A stretch of DNA of 64,000 nucleotides. It comes from Mustelus asterias. Taxonomy: Eukaryota. Each line of letters begins with the position of its first letter. Positions within the stretch are counted from its first letter, which is position 1. Both the position numbers and the translations under genes were made by a program. The notes under the pieces are model-generated. The model made no database searches and had not been told where the DNA came from. It was given only the letters and a program-made list of their open reading frames with translations. Location of the stretch: positions 28,706,001 through 28,770,000 of the forward strand of contig NC_135801.1 in assembly GCF_964213995.1 (NCBI RefSeq), read 5' to 3'. Positions 1 through 11,246 of this stretch are shown here, piece after piece.

Positions 1-88
1 AAACTTGATGAATCAGCATAAACGAGGATTAAGATTCAGTAAATGGAAATATCAATATGCCAAAAATTGAATTAGACAGTGACAACAG

Positions 89-388
89 CGGCATGGTGGC
101 ACAGTGGTTAGCACTGCTGCCTCACAGTGCCAGGGACAAGGATTCTATTCCCGTCTTGGATCACTGTCTGTGTGGAGTTTGCACGTTCACCCCATGTCTG
201 CGTGGGTTTCCTCCGGGCGCTCCGGATTCCTCCCACAATCCGAAAGATGTGCTGGTTAGGTGCACTGGCCGTGCTAAATTCTCCCTCAGTGTACCCTAAC
301 AGGCGCCGGAGTGGGCAACGAGGGGATTTTCACAGTAACTTCATTGCAGTTTTGATGTAAGCCTATTAGTGACACTAATAAATAAACT
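89..388 (+). mobile_element. tRNA-derived V-SINE-like element, tail type B
   Basis: Head ggcatggtggcacagtggttagcactgctgcctcacag, central gtggagtttgcac..ggtttcctccggg, tail cacagtaacttcattgcag..gtgacactaataaataaac. Confidence 0.85.
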
Positions 389-1877
389 TCAAAACATTAA
401 ACTTTAACAGCTGTGCAAAAATTACTCTATTGAAAAATTACTCTCCTTTTGAAAAAAGTAAGTTTACTGGGAGCCTGTCCCTCGCATTCGTGACATTTTT
501 TTGAATATGATAAAAATGTGTCCAATTGGCTGCTCCTTTGCAACATTTCCCAGTGCTTTGATTGGCTTTCCCCCCCGCACAGCAATGACACAACCCTGTG
601 GCTCCTCACTGGGTGCTGGAAGCTTTTGAGGGAAATTGCCTTGCTTTCGCTCTTCTGAGGGAATTATGCTTATGAAGATGGAAATTGAAAAAGATGGACA
701 AGAGTTGAGCAACCAGAGCAGACAAAAGAAGATGCATGTGTGAACACGCTTCCAAAGAAGCAGCCAAGGAGGGCTCCACCTAACCTGAATCACTGGGTGT
801 CAGTCAGCACAAAGTTCGGGAAAAAATGACTCATCTATTGGCAGAATGTTTTTGGGCCAGAAGTAGATGTTCCTCAAAAGGAAATCATTGAAGTTAGTTA
901 AAAGAAACCGTGGAAGTGTGTTACACATCATTGCATAGCGGTGCAGAGAGTTTATGAGGGGCGAGGGTGCCATGAGGCAGGGTATATGTGTGAATTATCT
1001 TTGTTATTGAAGATTATAAATGTTCAATGTTCCTATTAGTCAAATATGAGTTATTATAATTTTACTCACATATGCATGAAGTATCTTTGTTCAATAACAA
1101 AGTAGAAGTTATGTTCAAAGACTCTACTGGTACGTGAATTATTCTAACTCTACAAAGTTTTTAGAATTTACCAACAGTCTGGAAAAAAATTCCATAAATT
1201 CGAGGTTACAATTTAATGGGCCAGATCTTCCAGTCAGCAGCAATCCTGTTCGAATTGCCACTGACTGCAAGCAAAGATAATTACAAATGGCAAACTTATT
1301 TGTTATTCATAACAGTAGCCATATCTTCTGGTTCTGGGTGCAGAAGGGATCCCAAGATGCCGCCCAAGGGGCTGAAGGATGTAGAATGCAGGAGAGGCAA
1401 GGACTTACCTCTTGCCCTCCCCTTTCCTGCCCAGAGCTGCCACATTCTGGTAAGTTGTAATGGTCTTACGGGCATTAATAGTGTTAGTCGGGATGGGAGC
1501 GAGTGAAGGAAATTGAGCAGGTGGGATGGTGGCAGTCTGCTCAGGGGATGGGTTTGACAGTGGGTGATGGCATATGTGTATGGCACTGGGAGTGGTGGTG
1601 TGAGCTCCTCTATTAATCACTGACCTACACCAGGATTCTTGAATGAAACTTTACACATGAAAGTATCCACGTTAGTAGCACATAACAGGTTCAAATGTCT
1701 GGTATGTTCAGCACTGGAGAAATTTTTGCAGAGGCCCAGAGTGCAGAAAAAGTGTCCATCAGAAGTTTAAACTTTCCAGGCAGTTGGCATGCATGGCGGG
1801 TCAGGACTTCCCTGGAGCTCTGATGAGGGACTGCACAGGTACACCTCAATGTACATTGTGGTTGATATTGAAAGATA

Positions 1878-4800
1878 TAAGGCCATCTGCTCCGCCATTC
1901 AATAAGATCTTGGTTGATCTTTTCGTGGACTCAGCTTCACTTGCCCGCCCGCTCACCATAACCCTTAATTCCTTTACCGTTCAAAAATGTATCTATCCTT
2001 GCCTTAAAAACATTCAATGAGGTAGTCTCAATTGCTTCACTGGGCAGGGAATTCCACAGATTCACAACCCTTTGTGTGAAGAAGTTCCTCCTCAACTCAG
2101 TCCTAAATCTGCTTTCCCTTATTTTGAGGCTATGTCCCCTAGTTCTACTTTCACCCGCCAGTGGAAACAACTTCCCTGCTTCTATCTTTTCTATTCCCTT
2201 CATAATCTTATATGTTCCTATAAGATCTCCCCTCACGGCATGGTAGCACAGTGGTTAGCACTGCTGCTTCACAGCTCCAGGGACCTGGGTTCGAATCCCG
2301 GCTCGGGTCGCTATCTGTGTGGAGTTTGCACATTCTCCCTGTGCCTGCGTGGGTTTCCTCCGGGTGCTCCAGTTTCCTCCCACAGTCCAAAGATGTGCAG
2401 GCTAGGTTGATTGGCCATTCTAAATTGCCGCTAAGTGTCCCGGGATGCATAGGTTAGAGGGGTTAGTGGGTAAATATGTAGGGATATATGGATAGGGCCT
2501 GGGTGGGATTGTGGTTGATGCAGACTCGATGGGCCGAATGGCCTCTTTCTGCACTGTAGGATTCTATGATTCTTCTGAATTCCAATGGGTATAGCCTCAG
2601 TCTCTCCTCATAAGCCAACCCTCTCAACTCCGGAATCAACCTAGTGAATCTCCTCTGTACCCCTTCCAGTGCCAGTATATCCTTTCTCAAGTAAGGAGAC
2701 CAAAACTGTACACAGTCGTCCAGGTGTGGCCTCACCAGCACCTTATACAGCTGCAACATAACCTCCTTGTTTTTAAACTCCATCCCTCTAGCAATAAAGG
2801 ACAAAATTCCATTTGCCTTCTTAATTATCTGCTGCACCTGCAAACCAACTCCTTGAGATTCCTGCACAAGGACACCCAGGTCCCTCTGCACAGCAGCATG
2901 CCGCAATTTTTTATCGTTTAAATAATAGTCCATTTTGCTGTTATTCCGACCAAAATGGATGACCTCACATTTACCAACATTGTACTCCATCTGCCAGACC
3001 CTCGCCCACTCACTTAGATTATCTATATCCCTTTGCAGACTTTCAACGTCCTCTGCACACTTTGCTCTGCCATCCATCTTAGTGTCATCTGCGAATTTTG
3101 ACACACTACACTTAGTCCCCAACTCCAAATCATCTATGTATATAGTAAACAATTGCAGTCTCAACACTGATCCCTGAGGCACACCACTAGTCACTGATCG
3201 CCAACCAGAAAAACACCCATTTACCCCATTCTTTGCTTTCTGTTAGTTAACCAATCCTCTTTCCATGCTAATACATTACCCGCAACACCGTGCGGCTTTA
3301 TCTTATGGAGCAGTCTTTGGTGCGGCACCTTGTCAAATGCTTTCTGGAAATCCAGATACACCACATCCACAGGCTCTCCATTGTCCACTGCACATGTAAT
3401 GTTCTCAAAAGATTCCAACAAAATTAGTCAAACATGACCTTTCCTTCATGAACCCATGCTGCGTCTTACCAATGGGACAATTTATATCCAGATGTCTCGC
3501 TATTTCTTCCTTGATGATAGATTCAAGCATTTTCCCTACTACAGAAGTTAAGCTAACCGGCCTATGGTTACCTGCCTTTTGTCTACCTCCTTTTTTAAAC
3601 AGTAGCGTCACATTTGCTGTTTTCCAATCTGCGGGAATCACCCCAGAGTCCAGTGAATTTTGGTAAATTACCACTAGTGCATTTGCTATTTCTCCCGCCA
3701 TCTCTTTTAGTACCCTGGGATGCATTCCATCAGGACCAGGAGACTTGTCTACCTTTAGCCCCATTAACTTGTCCAACACTACCTCTTTCGTGATAATGAT
3801 AGTTTCTAGGTTCTATCCTGCCTTCCTGTCATCAATTTTTGGCATGCTATTTGTGACTTCCACTGTGAAGACCGACACAAAATACCTGTTCAATGCCTCA
3901 GCCATTTTCTCATTTCCAGTTATTACAGTCCTCTAAAGGACCAATGTTTACTTTCGCTACTCTTTTTCATTTTATATATTTGTAGAAACTTTTGCTCTTT
4001 TTATATTCTGAGCTGGTTTACTCATAATCCATCTTACTTTTCTTTATAGCTTTTTTCGTGGCTTTCTGCTGCCCTTTAAGATTTCTCAATCCTCTAGGTT
4101 CCCACTAATCTTTGTCACTTTGTATGCATTTTCTTTCAATTTCATATCCTCCTTTATTTCCTTAGATATCCATGGCTGATTATCTCTTTTTCTCCAGCTC
4201 TTCCTTATCACTGGTATATACTTTTGCTGAGCACTGTGAAAGATTGCTTTGAAAGTCCTCCACTGTTCCTCAATTGTCCCACCAGAAAGTTTTTGCTCCT
4301 ACTCTACCTTAGCCAACTCCTCCCTCATCCCTTTGTAGTCTCCTTTGTTTAAGCACAAGACACTGGTATTGGATTTTACCTTCTCACACTCCATCTGTAT
4401 TTTAAATTCAACCATACTGTGATCGCTTCTTTCAAGAGGATCCCTAACTGCAAGATCATTAATTATTCCTGTCTCATTACACAGGACCAGATCTAGGATA
4501 GCTTGCTCCCTTATAGGTTCCATTACATACCATTCAAGGAAGCTATCAGGGATACATTCTATGAACTCCTCCTCAAGGCTGCACTGACCGACCTGGTTTG
4601 ACCAATTGATATGCAGATTAAAATCCCCCATGATAATTGCTGTACCATTTTTACATGCATCAGTTATTTCTTTGTTTATTTCTCACCCCCCCCCACCCCA
4701 TGATGTCATTATTTAGTGGCCTACAGACTACGCCTATTAGTGGCTTTTTCTCCTTACTATTTCTAATTTCCACCCAAATGGATTCAACTTTTTTCCATAG

Positions 4801-5014
4801 AACCTATATCATCTCTCAGTTCCGCCCTGATATCATCCTTAAATATCAGAGCTACACCACCTCCCTTACCTTCCTTTCTGTCCCTCCGAACAGTCTAATA
4901 ATACCCCTGGATATTTAACGCCTAGTCATGACCATCCTGCCACCTGTCTCTGTAATGGCCACCAGATCATACTCGTTCACAATGATTTGTGCTGTCAACT
5001 CATTTACCTTGTTT
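1878..5014 (-). mobile_element. Decayed CR1 LINE with nearly full ORF2 (APE endonuclease plus RT), interrupted by a SINE
   Basis: Frameshifted fragments NKVNELTAQ..DLVAITET, MGDFN, SDH, KSPGPDG, LDFQKAFDKVPH, PQGSVL, KFADD, RRNFFTQRVV. Confidence 0.93.
2236..2572 (+). mobile_element. HE1/V-SINE-like SINE with CR1-type tail (type A), nested in CR1
   Basis: tRNA-like A and B boxes; tail gatgggccgaatggcct..ctgtaggattctatgattct; interrupts contiguous CR1 sequence. Confidence 0.9.
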
Positions 5015-5089
5015 GGCTCTTCATTTTCAGCAATTCCCAGGATTTTGCAACTCTATCAGTTTTCTCCTAAAAATTAATGTATTATACTC

Positions 5090-5392
5090 TTATAAATTAA
5101 CCCCAGTATCTCACAGATTAATCAGAGCACCTCCTGTAGATGAATGTTTCCTGTAGATTAAACCTAGTACCTCCTATAAATTAACCCTACGACCTCTTAT
5201 AAAATAACCCCAGTGTTTCCTATGGATTAAAACAAACCTCCTGTAAATTAAACAAACTCCTTATAGAATAACCACTGCACCTCCTATAGATTAACCCCCC
5301 ATATAGATCAATCCTCCTATAGATTAACCCCATATATATTAACTCTCCTATAGATTAACCCCCATATAGATTAACCCCCATACAGATTACCC
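5090..5392. repeat. Degenerate short tandem repeat (core ctcctatagattaacccc)
   Basis: Roughly 10-14 imperfect copies of (c)tatagattaacc(cc). Confidence 0.75.
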
Positions 5393-5549
5393 CAGTGGCG
5401 TTTCCCGATTATTTCACACAAACAGTTCGCGATCAAAAATGCTTCAGAGCGATTTTATCCCGAACATTTTCATACAGCTCCTGGAGGTGAGTTATTTTTA
5501 CCGGGTGAATGATTCCCAACCCTCTCCATTAGGCCCCACACACACCGTC

Positions 5550-7052
5550 CTCATAGCAACCAATCACAGCCTTCTCACCGAATGGCCAATCAGGGCCGTG
5601 TAAAGTGAACCAATCAGGGAACCGTAAAACCGTCCCTTCAGCAACCGTTTCCCCCTCCCCCTCACGCGGCCCGCCCCCCGCTCACGCCCCGCTTCCCGCC
5701 CACGGCTCACGCTCCGCCCCCCCTGCGCCTTCACGCCCCGCCCCCCCTGCGCCTTCACGCCCCGCCCCCCCTGCGCCTTCACGCCCCGCCCCCCCTGCGC
5801 CTTCACACCCCGCCCCCCCTGCGCCTTCACACCCCGCCCCCCCTGCGCCTTCACACCCCGCCCCCCCCGCGCCTTCACACCCTGCCCCCCTGCGCCTTCA
5901 CACCCCGCCCCCCCTGCGCCTTCACACCCCGCCCCCCCTGCGCCTTCACACCCCGCCCCCCCTGCGCCTTCACACCCCGCCCCCCCTGCGCCTTCACACC
6001 CCGCCCCCCCTGCGCCTTCACACCCCGCCCCCCCTGCGCCTTCACACCCCGCCCCCCCTGCGCCTTCACACCCCGCCCCCCTCTCACTCCCCGCCCCCCT
6101 CTAACACCCCCGCTGACGCCCCGCCCCGCTCACACACCGCCCCCGCCCCCCCGCTCACGCCACGGCGCGTTCACACTCCGCCCCCCCCCGCTCACACCCC
6201 GCCCCCCCCCCGCTCACACCCCGCCCCCCCCCCGCTCGCACCCCGCCCCCCCCCCGCTCGCACCCCGCCCCCCCTCCGCTCGCACCCCGCCCCCCCCCGC
6301 TCGCACCCCGCCCCCCCCCGCTCGCACCCCGCCCCCCCCCCGCTCGCACCCCGCCCCCCCCCCGCTCGCACCCCGCCCCCCCCCCCGCTCGCACCCCGCC
6401 CCCCCCCCCGCTCGCACCCCGCCCCCCCCCGCTCGCACCCCGCCCCCCCCCCCCTCGCACCCCGCCCCCCCCCGCTCGCACCCCGCCCCCCCCCCCGCTC
6501 GCACCCCGCCCCCCCCCCCGCTCGCACCCCGCCCCCCCCCCCCGCTCGCACCCCGCCCCCCCCCCCGCTCGCACCCCGCCCCCCCCCCGCTCGCACCCCG
6601 CCCCCCCCCCGCTCGCACCCCGCCCCCCCCCGCTCGCACCCCGCCCCCCCCCCGCTCGCACCCCGCCCCCCCCCCGCTCGCACCCCGCCCCCCCCCCGCT
6701 CGCACCCCGCCCCCCCCCGCTCGCACCCCGCCCCCCCCGCTCGCACCCCGCCTCCCCCGCTCGCACCCCGCCCCCAGTCTCCACTCACTCGTCCTCCTCC
6801 CCCGCCCTCTTGCATCCTTCCCCCATCCTACCGTGCGCTCATATCCCGCCCCCTTTCCGCTTGCCCCACCCCCGTCAGCCTCCTGCCCCGCCTGGCGCAT
6901 CCTCCTGTTCCGCTTACCCCGGCCTTCCGAGCCTCCTGCTCCGCCCCGCCGTCCTCCAGCCCCTTCCACGCGCGGTTCGGCGGTGACGCGTTTCCGGCGG
7001 GTTGTTGGCCTGGTGACGGTGAACCACCGCGGTCGGAAGTTTGTGCGGAGCG
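5550..7052 (+). promoter_or_regulatory. CpG-rich promoter and probable non-coding exon 1 of ELMOD2
   Basis: CCAAT at 5560, 5586 and 5610; many GC boxes; ETS-like CGGAAGT at 7034-7040; TGACG half-sites near 6985 and 7014; candidate donors GCG|GTCAGT (7052/7053) and TGT|GTGAGT (7060/7061). The first coding exon has an acceptor only 3 nt before the ATG, so an upstream exon is required. Confidence 0.65.
5700..6776. repeat. C-rich GC-box minisatellite in two zones: 24-bp ccccgcccccctgcgccttcacac (about 5715-6080), then about 20-24-bp ccccgc(c)n-gctcgca (about 6150-6776)
   Basis: Directly visible periodicity; produces the spurious Pro/Gly-rich ORFs. Confidence 0.95.
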
Positions 7053-8371
7053 GTCAGTGTGTGAGTGAAGCGCTGCCTCCCCGGAGCGGTCAGTGTGTGA
7101 GTGAAGCGCTGCCTCCCGGAGCGGTCAGTGTGTGAGTGAAGCGCTGCCTCCCCGGAGCGGTCAGTGTGTGAGTGAAGCGCTGCCTCCCCGGAGGGGTCAG
7201 TGTGTGAGTGAAGCGCTGCCTCCCGGAGCGGTCAGTGTGTGAGTGAAGCGCTGCCACCCCGGAGCGGTCAGTGTGTGAGTGAAGCGCTGCCTCCCCGGAG
7301 CGGTCAGTGTGTGAGTGAAGCGCTGCCTCCCCGGAGCGGTCAGTGTGTGAGTGAAGCGCTGCCTCCCCGGAGCGGTCAGTGTGTGAGTGAAGCGCTGCCT
7401 CCCCGGAGCGGTCAGTGTGTGAGTGAAGCGCTGCCTCCCCGGAGCGGTCAGTGTGTGAGTGAAGCGCTGCCTCCCCGGAGCGGTCAGTGTGTGAGTGAAG
7501 CGCTGCCTCCCCGGAGCGGTCAGTGTGTGAGTGAAGCGCTGCCTCCCCAGAGCGGTCAGTGTGTGAGTGAAGCGCTGCCTCCCCGGAGCGGTCAGTGTGT
7601 GAGTGAAGCGCTGCCTCCCCGGAGCGGTCAGTGTGTGACTGAAGCGCTGCCTCCCCGGAGCGGTCAGTGTGTGAGTGAAGCGCTGCCTCCCCGGAGCGGT
7701 CAGTGTGTGAGTGAAGCGCTGCCTCCCGGAGCGGTCAGTGTGTGTGAGTGAAGCGCTGCCTCCCCGGAGTGGTCAGTGTGTGTGAGTGAAGCGCTGCCTC
7801 CCCGGAGCGGTCAGTGTGTGTGAGTGAAGCGCTGCCTCCCCGGAGCGGTCAGTGTGTGAGTGAAGCGCTGCCTCCCCGGAGCAGTCAGTGTGTGAGTGAA
7901 GCGCTGCCTCCCCGGAGCGGTCAGTGTGTGAGTGAAGCGCTGCCTCCCCGGAGCGGTCAGTGTGTGAGTGAAGTGCTGCCTCCCCGGAGCGGTCAGTGTG
8001 TGTGAGTGAAGCGCTGCCTCCCCGGAGCGGTCCGTGTGAGTGAAGCGCTGCCTCCCTGGAGCGGTCAGTGTGTGTGAGTGAAGCGCTGCCTCCCCGGAGC
8101 GGTCAGTGTGTGTGAGTGAAGCGCTGCCTCCCCGGAGTGGTCAGTGTGTGTGAGTGAAGCGCTGCCTCCCCGGAGCGGTCAGTGTGTGAGTGAAGCGCTG
8201 CCTCCCCGGAGCGGTCAGTGTGTGAGTGAAGCGCTGCCTCCCCGGAGCGGTCAGTGTGTGAGTGAAGCGCTGCCTCCCTGGAGCGGTCAATGTGTGAGTG
8301 AAGCGCTGCCTCCCCGGAGCGGTCAATGTGTGAGTGAAGCGCTGCCTCCCCGGAGCGGTCAGTGTGTGAGT
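7046..8371. repeat. 36-bp minisatellite, left array (about 36 units, cggagcggtcagtgtgtgagtgaagcgctgcctccc)
   Basis: Near-perfect tandem units; translates as repeated RSGQCVSEALPP. Confidence 0.97.
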
Positions 8372-9428
8372 ACCTTCCGGTTGGAGGAAGGTAACTAGTG
8401 GCGTGCCGCAGGGATCGGTACTCGGGCCGCAACTGTTTACCATTTATATAGATGATCTGGAGGAGGGGACGGAGTGTAGGGTAACGAAGTTTGCAGACGA
8501 CACAAAGATAAGTGGAAAAGTGAATCGTGTGGAGGACGGAGAAGATCTGCAGAGAGATTTGGACAGGCTGAGTGAGTGGGCGAGGATATGGCAAATGGAG
8601 TATAACGTTGAGAAATGCGAGGTTATACACTTTGGAGGAAATAATAACAAATGGGATTACTATCTCAATGGAAACAAATTAAAACATGCTACCGTGCAAA
8701 GGGACCTGGGGGTCCTTGTGCATGAGATGCAAAAGCCCAGTCTGCAGGTACAACAGGTGATCAAGAAGGCAAATGGGATGTTGGCCTATATTGCGAGGGG
8801 GATAGAATATAAAAGCAGGGATGTCTTGATGCACCTGTACAGGGCATTGGTGAGGCCGCAGCTGGAATACTGTGTGCAGTATTGGTCCCCTTATATGAGG
8901 AAGGATATATTGGCATTGGAGGGAGTGCAGAGAAGGTTCACCAGGTTGATACCGGAGATGAGGGGTTTGGATTATGAGGAGAGGCTGAGGAGATTGGGTT
9001 TGTACTCGTTGGAGTTTAGAAGGATGAGGGGGGATCTTATGGAGACTTATAAGATAATGCGGGGGCTGGATAGGGTGGAGGCGGAGAGATTCTTTCCACT
9101 TAGTAAGGAAGTTAAAACTAGAGGACACAGCCTCAAAATAAAGGGGGGTCGGTTTAAGACAGAGTTGAGGAGGAACTTCTTCTCCCAGAGGGTGGTGAAT
9201 CTCTGGAATTCTCTGCCCACTGAGGTGGTGGAGGCTACCTCGCTGAATATGTTTAAAGCGCGGATGGATGGATTCCTGATCGGTAAGGGAATTAAGGGTT
9301 ATGGGGATCAGGCGGGTAAGTGGTACTGATCCACGTCAGATCAGCCATGATCTTATTGAATGGCGGGGCAGGCTCGAGGGGCTAGATGGCCTACTCCTGC
9401 TCCTATTTCTTATGTTCTTATGTTCTTA
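8372..9428 (+). mobile_element. Young 5'-truncated CR1 LINE inserted in the minisatellite
   Basis: Uninterrupted RT C-terminal ORF (SGVPQGSVLGP, KFADDTK, ending GKWY* at 9329), CR1-type 3' UTR, (TTCTTATG)n tail; TGAGT at 8367-8371 and 9429-9433 is a possible target-site duplication. Confidence 0.95.
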
Positions 9429-10605
9429 TGAGTGAAGCGCTGCCTCCCCGGAGCGGTCAGTGTGTGTGAGTGAAGCGCTGCCTCCCTGGAGTGGTCAGTG
9501 TGTGTGAGTGATGCGCTGCCTCCCTGGAGTGGTCAGTGTGAGTGAGTAAAGCGCTGCCTCCCCGGAGCGGTCAGTGTGAGTGAAGCGCTGCCTCCCTGGA
9601 GTGGTCAGTGTGAGTGAGTAAAGCGCTGCCTCCCCGGAGCGGTCAGTGTGAGTGAAGCGCTGCCTCCCTGGAGTGGTCAGTGTGTGTGAGTGAAGCGCTG
9701 CCTCCCTGGAGTAGTCAGTGTGTGTGAGTGAAGCGCTGCCTCCCCGGAGCGGTCAGTGTGTGAGTGAAGCGCAGCCTCCCCGGAGTGGTCGGTGTGTGAA
9801 TGAAGCACTGCCTTCCTGGAGTGGTCAGTGTGTGAGTGAAGCGCTGCCTCCCTGGAGCGGTCAATGTGTGAGTGAAGCGCTGCCTCCCCGGAGCGGTCAG
9901 TGTGAGAGTGAAGCGCTGCCTCCCCGGAGTGGTCAGTGTGTGAGTGACGCGCAGCCTCCCCGGAGCGGTCAGTGTGAGAGTGAGGTGCTGCCTCCCCAGA
10001 GCGGTCAGTGTGTGAGTGAGGAGCTGCCTCCCCGGAGTGGTCAGTGTGTGAGTGAAGCGCTGCCTCCCCGGAGTGGTCAGTGTGTGAGTGACGCGCAGCC
10101 TCCCCGGAGCGGTCAGTGTGAGAGTGAGGTGCTGCCTCCCCAGAGCGGTCAGTGTGTGAGTGAGGAGCTGCCTCCCCGGAGTGGTCAGTGTGTGAGTGAA
10201 GCGCTGCCTCCCCGGAGTGGTCGGTGTGTGAGTGAAGCACTGCCTCCCCGGAACGGTCAGTGTGAGAGTGAGGAGCTGTCTCCCCGGAGCGGTCAGTGTG
10301 TGAGTGAAGCGCTGCCTCCCCAGAGTGGTCAGTGTGTGTGTGAAGCGCTGCCTCCCCGGAGCGGTCTGTGTGTGAGTGAAGCGCTGCCTCCCCGGAGCGG
10401 TCAGTGTGTGAGTGAAGCTACCTTCCCGGAGTGGTCAGTGTGTGAGTGAAACGCTGCCTCCCCAAGCGGTCAGTGTGTGAGTGAAGCTACCTTCCCGGAG
10501 TGGTCAGTGTGTGAGTGAAACGCTGCCTCCCCGAGCGGTCAGTGCGTGAGTGAAGCGCTGCCTCCCCGGAGCGGTCAGTGTGTGAGTGAGGAGCTGGCTC
10601 CCCGG
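9429..10605. repeat. 36-bp minisatellite, right array (about 32 more diverged units)
   Basis: Same unit with more variants and a 144-bp higher-order duplication. Confidence 0.96.
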
Positions 10606-10974
10606 TGTGGGAGGGTGTGGGTCTGAGAGCCGGCCTCTGGAGCGGGGCCGGACATTTGTTGCTGTTGAATCCCCGCTCACTTTGCACCTTCAGGGGGCCC
10701 TGTCCTCTGAGCTCTGTCTCCGCCTGCAGTGTTCATGCTGCAGGCTGGGGAAGTGGGACGTGTGCTGGCACTGGGTCAACTCAGACCCACTCACTCGTGG
10801 CTTTACATCAGTATGTTTTTCAAAACCCTTCCCCTCCAAAAGTTTATTTCTTTCAGTATATTTTGACCATCAGCCCATTTCTAAGTTTAATTTATTAGAT
10901 CAGGTTATTAGAAAAGTAAATCGAATTTACTTCTTACTGCAGACATGTTCTGCAAAAGAATCGACAGGCTGATT

Positions 10975-11246
10975 AATTTTATTTATTAGTATCACAAGTA
11001 AGCTTACATTAACACTGCAATGTGAAAATTCCCTAGTTGCCACACTCCCGTGCCTGTTTGGGTACACTGAGGGAGAATTTGGCATGGCCAATGCAGCAGG
11101 TATTTCAGACTGTGGGAGGAAACCGGAGGAAACCAAAGTAGAGAAGTGGAGAATGTGCAGACTCCGCACAGACAGTGACCCAAGCTGGGAATGGAACCTG
11201 TGTCCCTGGCACCGTGAGACAGCAGTGCTAACCACTGTGCCATCCC
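10975..11246 (-). mobile_element. SINE, tail type B
   Basis: Reverse-complement similarity to 89-388. Confidence 0.85.

Noticed and set aside
57-360. Recurring MVAQWLALLPHS / CLCGVCTFS ORFs, and SINE heads as tRNA genes
   Set aside because: These are SINE translations; the heads have A/B boxes but no full cloverleaf or terminator.
427-950. Exon of an upstream neighbour (CLGN/MGAT4D)
   Set aside because: No recognisable similarity in the frames examined; may be old LTR-element debris.
5564-7068. Long Pro-rich and Gly-rich ORFs (up to 487 aa)
   Set aside because: Translations of a C-rich minisatellite, open in several frames on both strands because it lacks stop codons.
8144-9329. Minisatellite-RT fusion protein
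   Set aside because: In the RT frame a TGA at 8367-8369 precedes the insertion, and the long repeat frame stops at 8398.
7239-10449. Repetitive RSGQCVSEALPP / HSHTDRSGEAAL proteins
   Set aside because: By-product of a 36-bp unit; mostly non-ATG starts; frames are broken by TG slippage.
7046-10605. 36-bp repeats as a CRISPR array
   Set aside because: Units are head-to-tail with no unique spacers, there are no cas genes and the context is eukaryotic; the neighbouring RT is a CR1 LINE.
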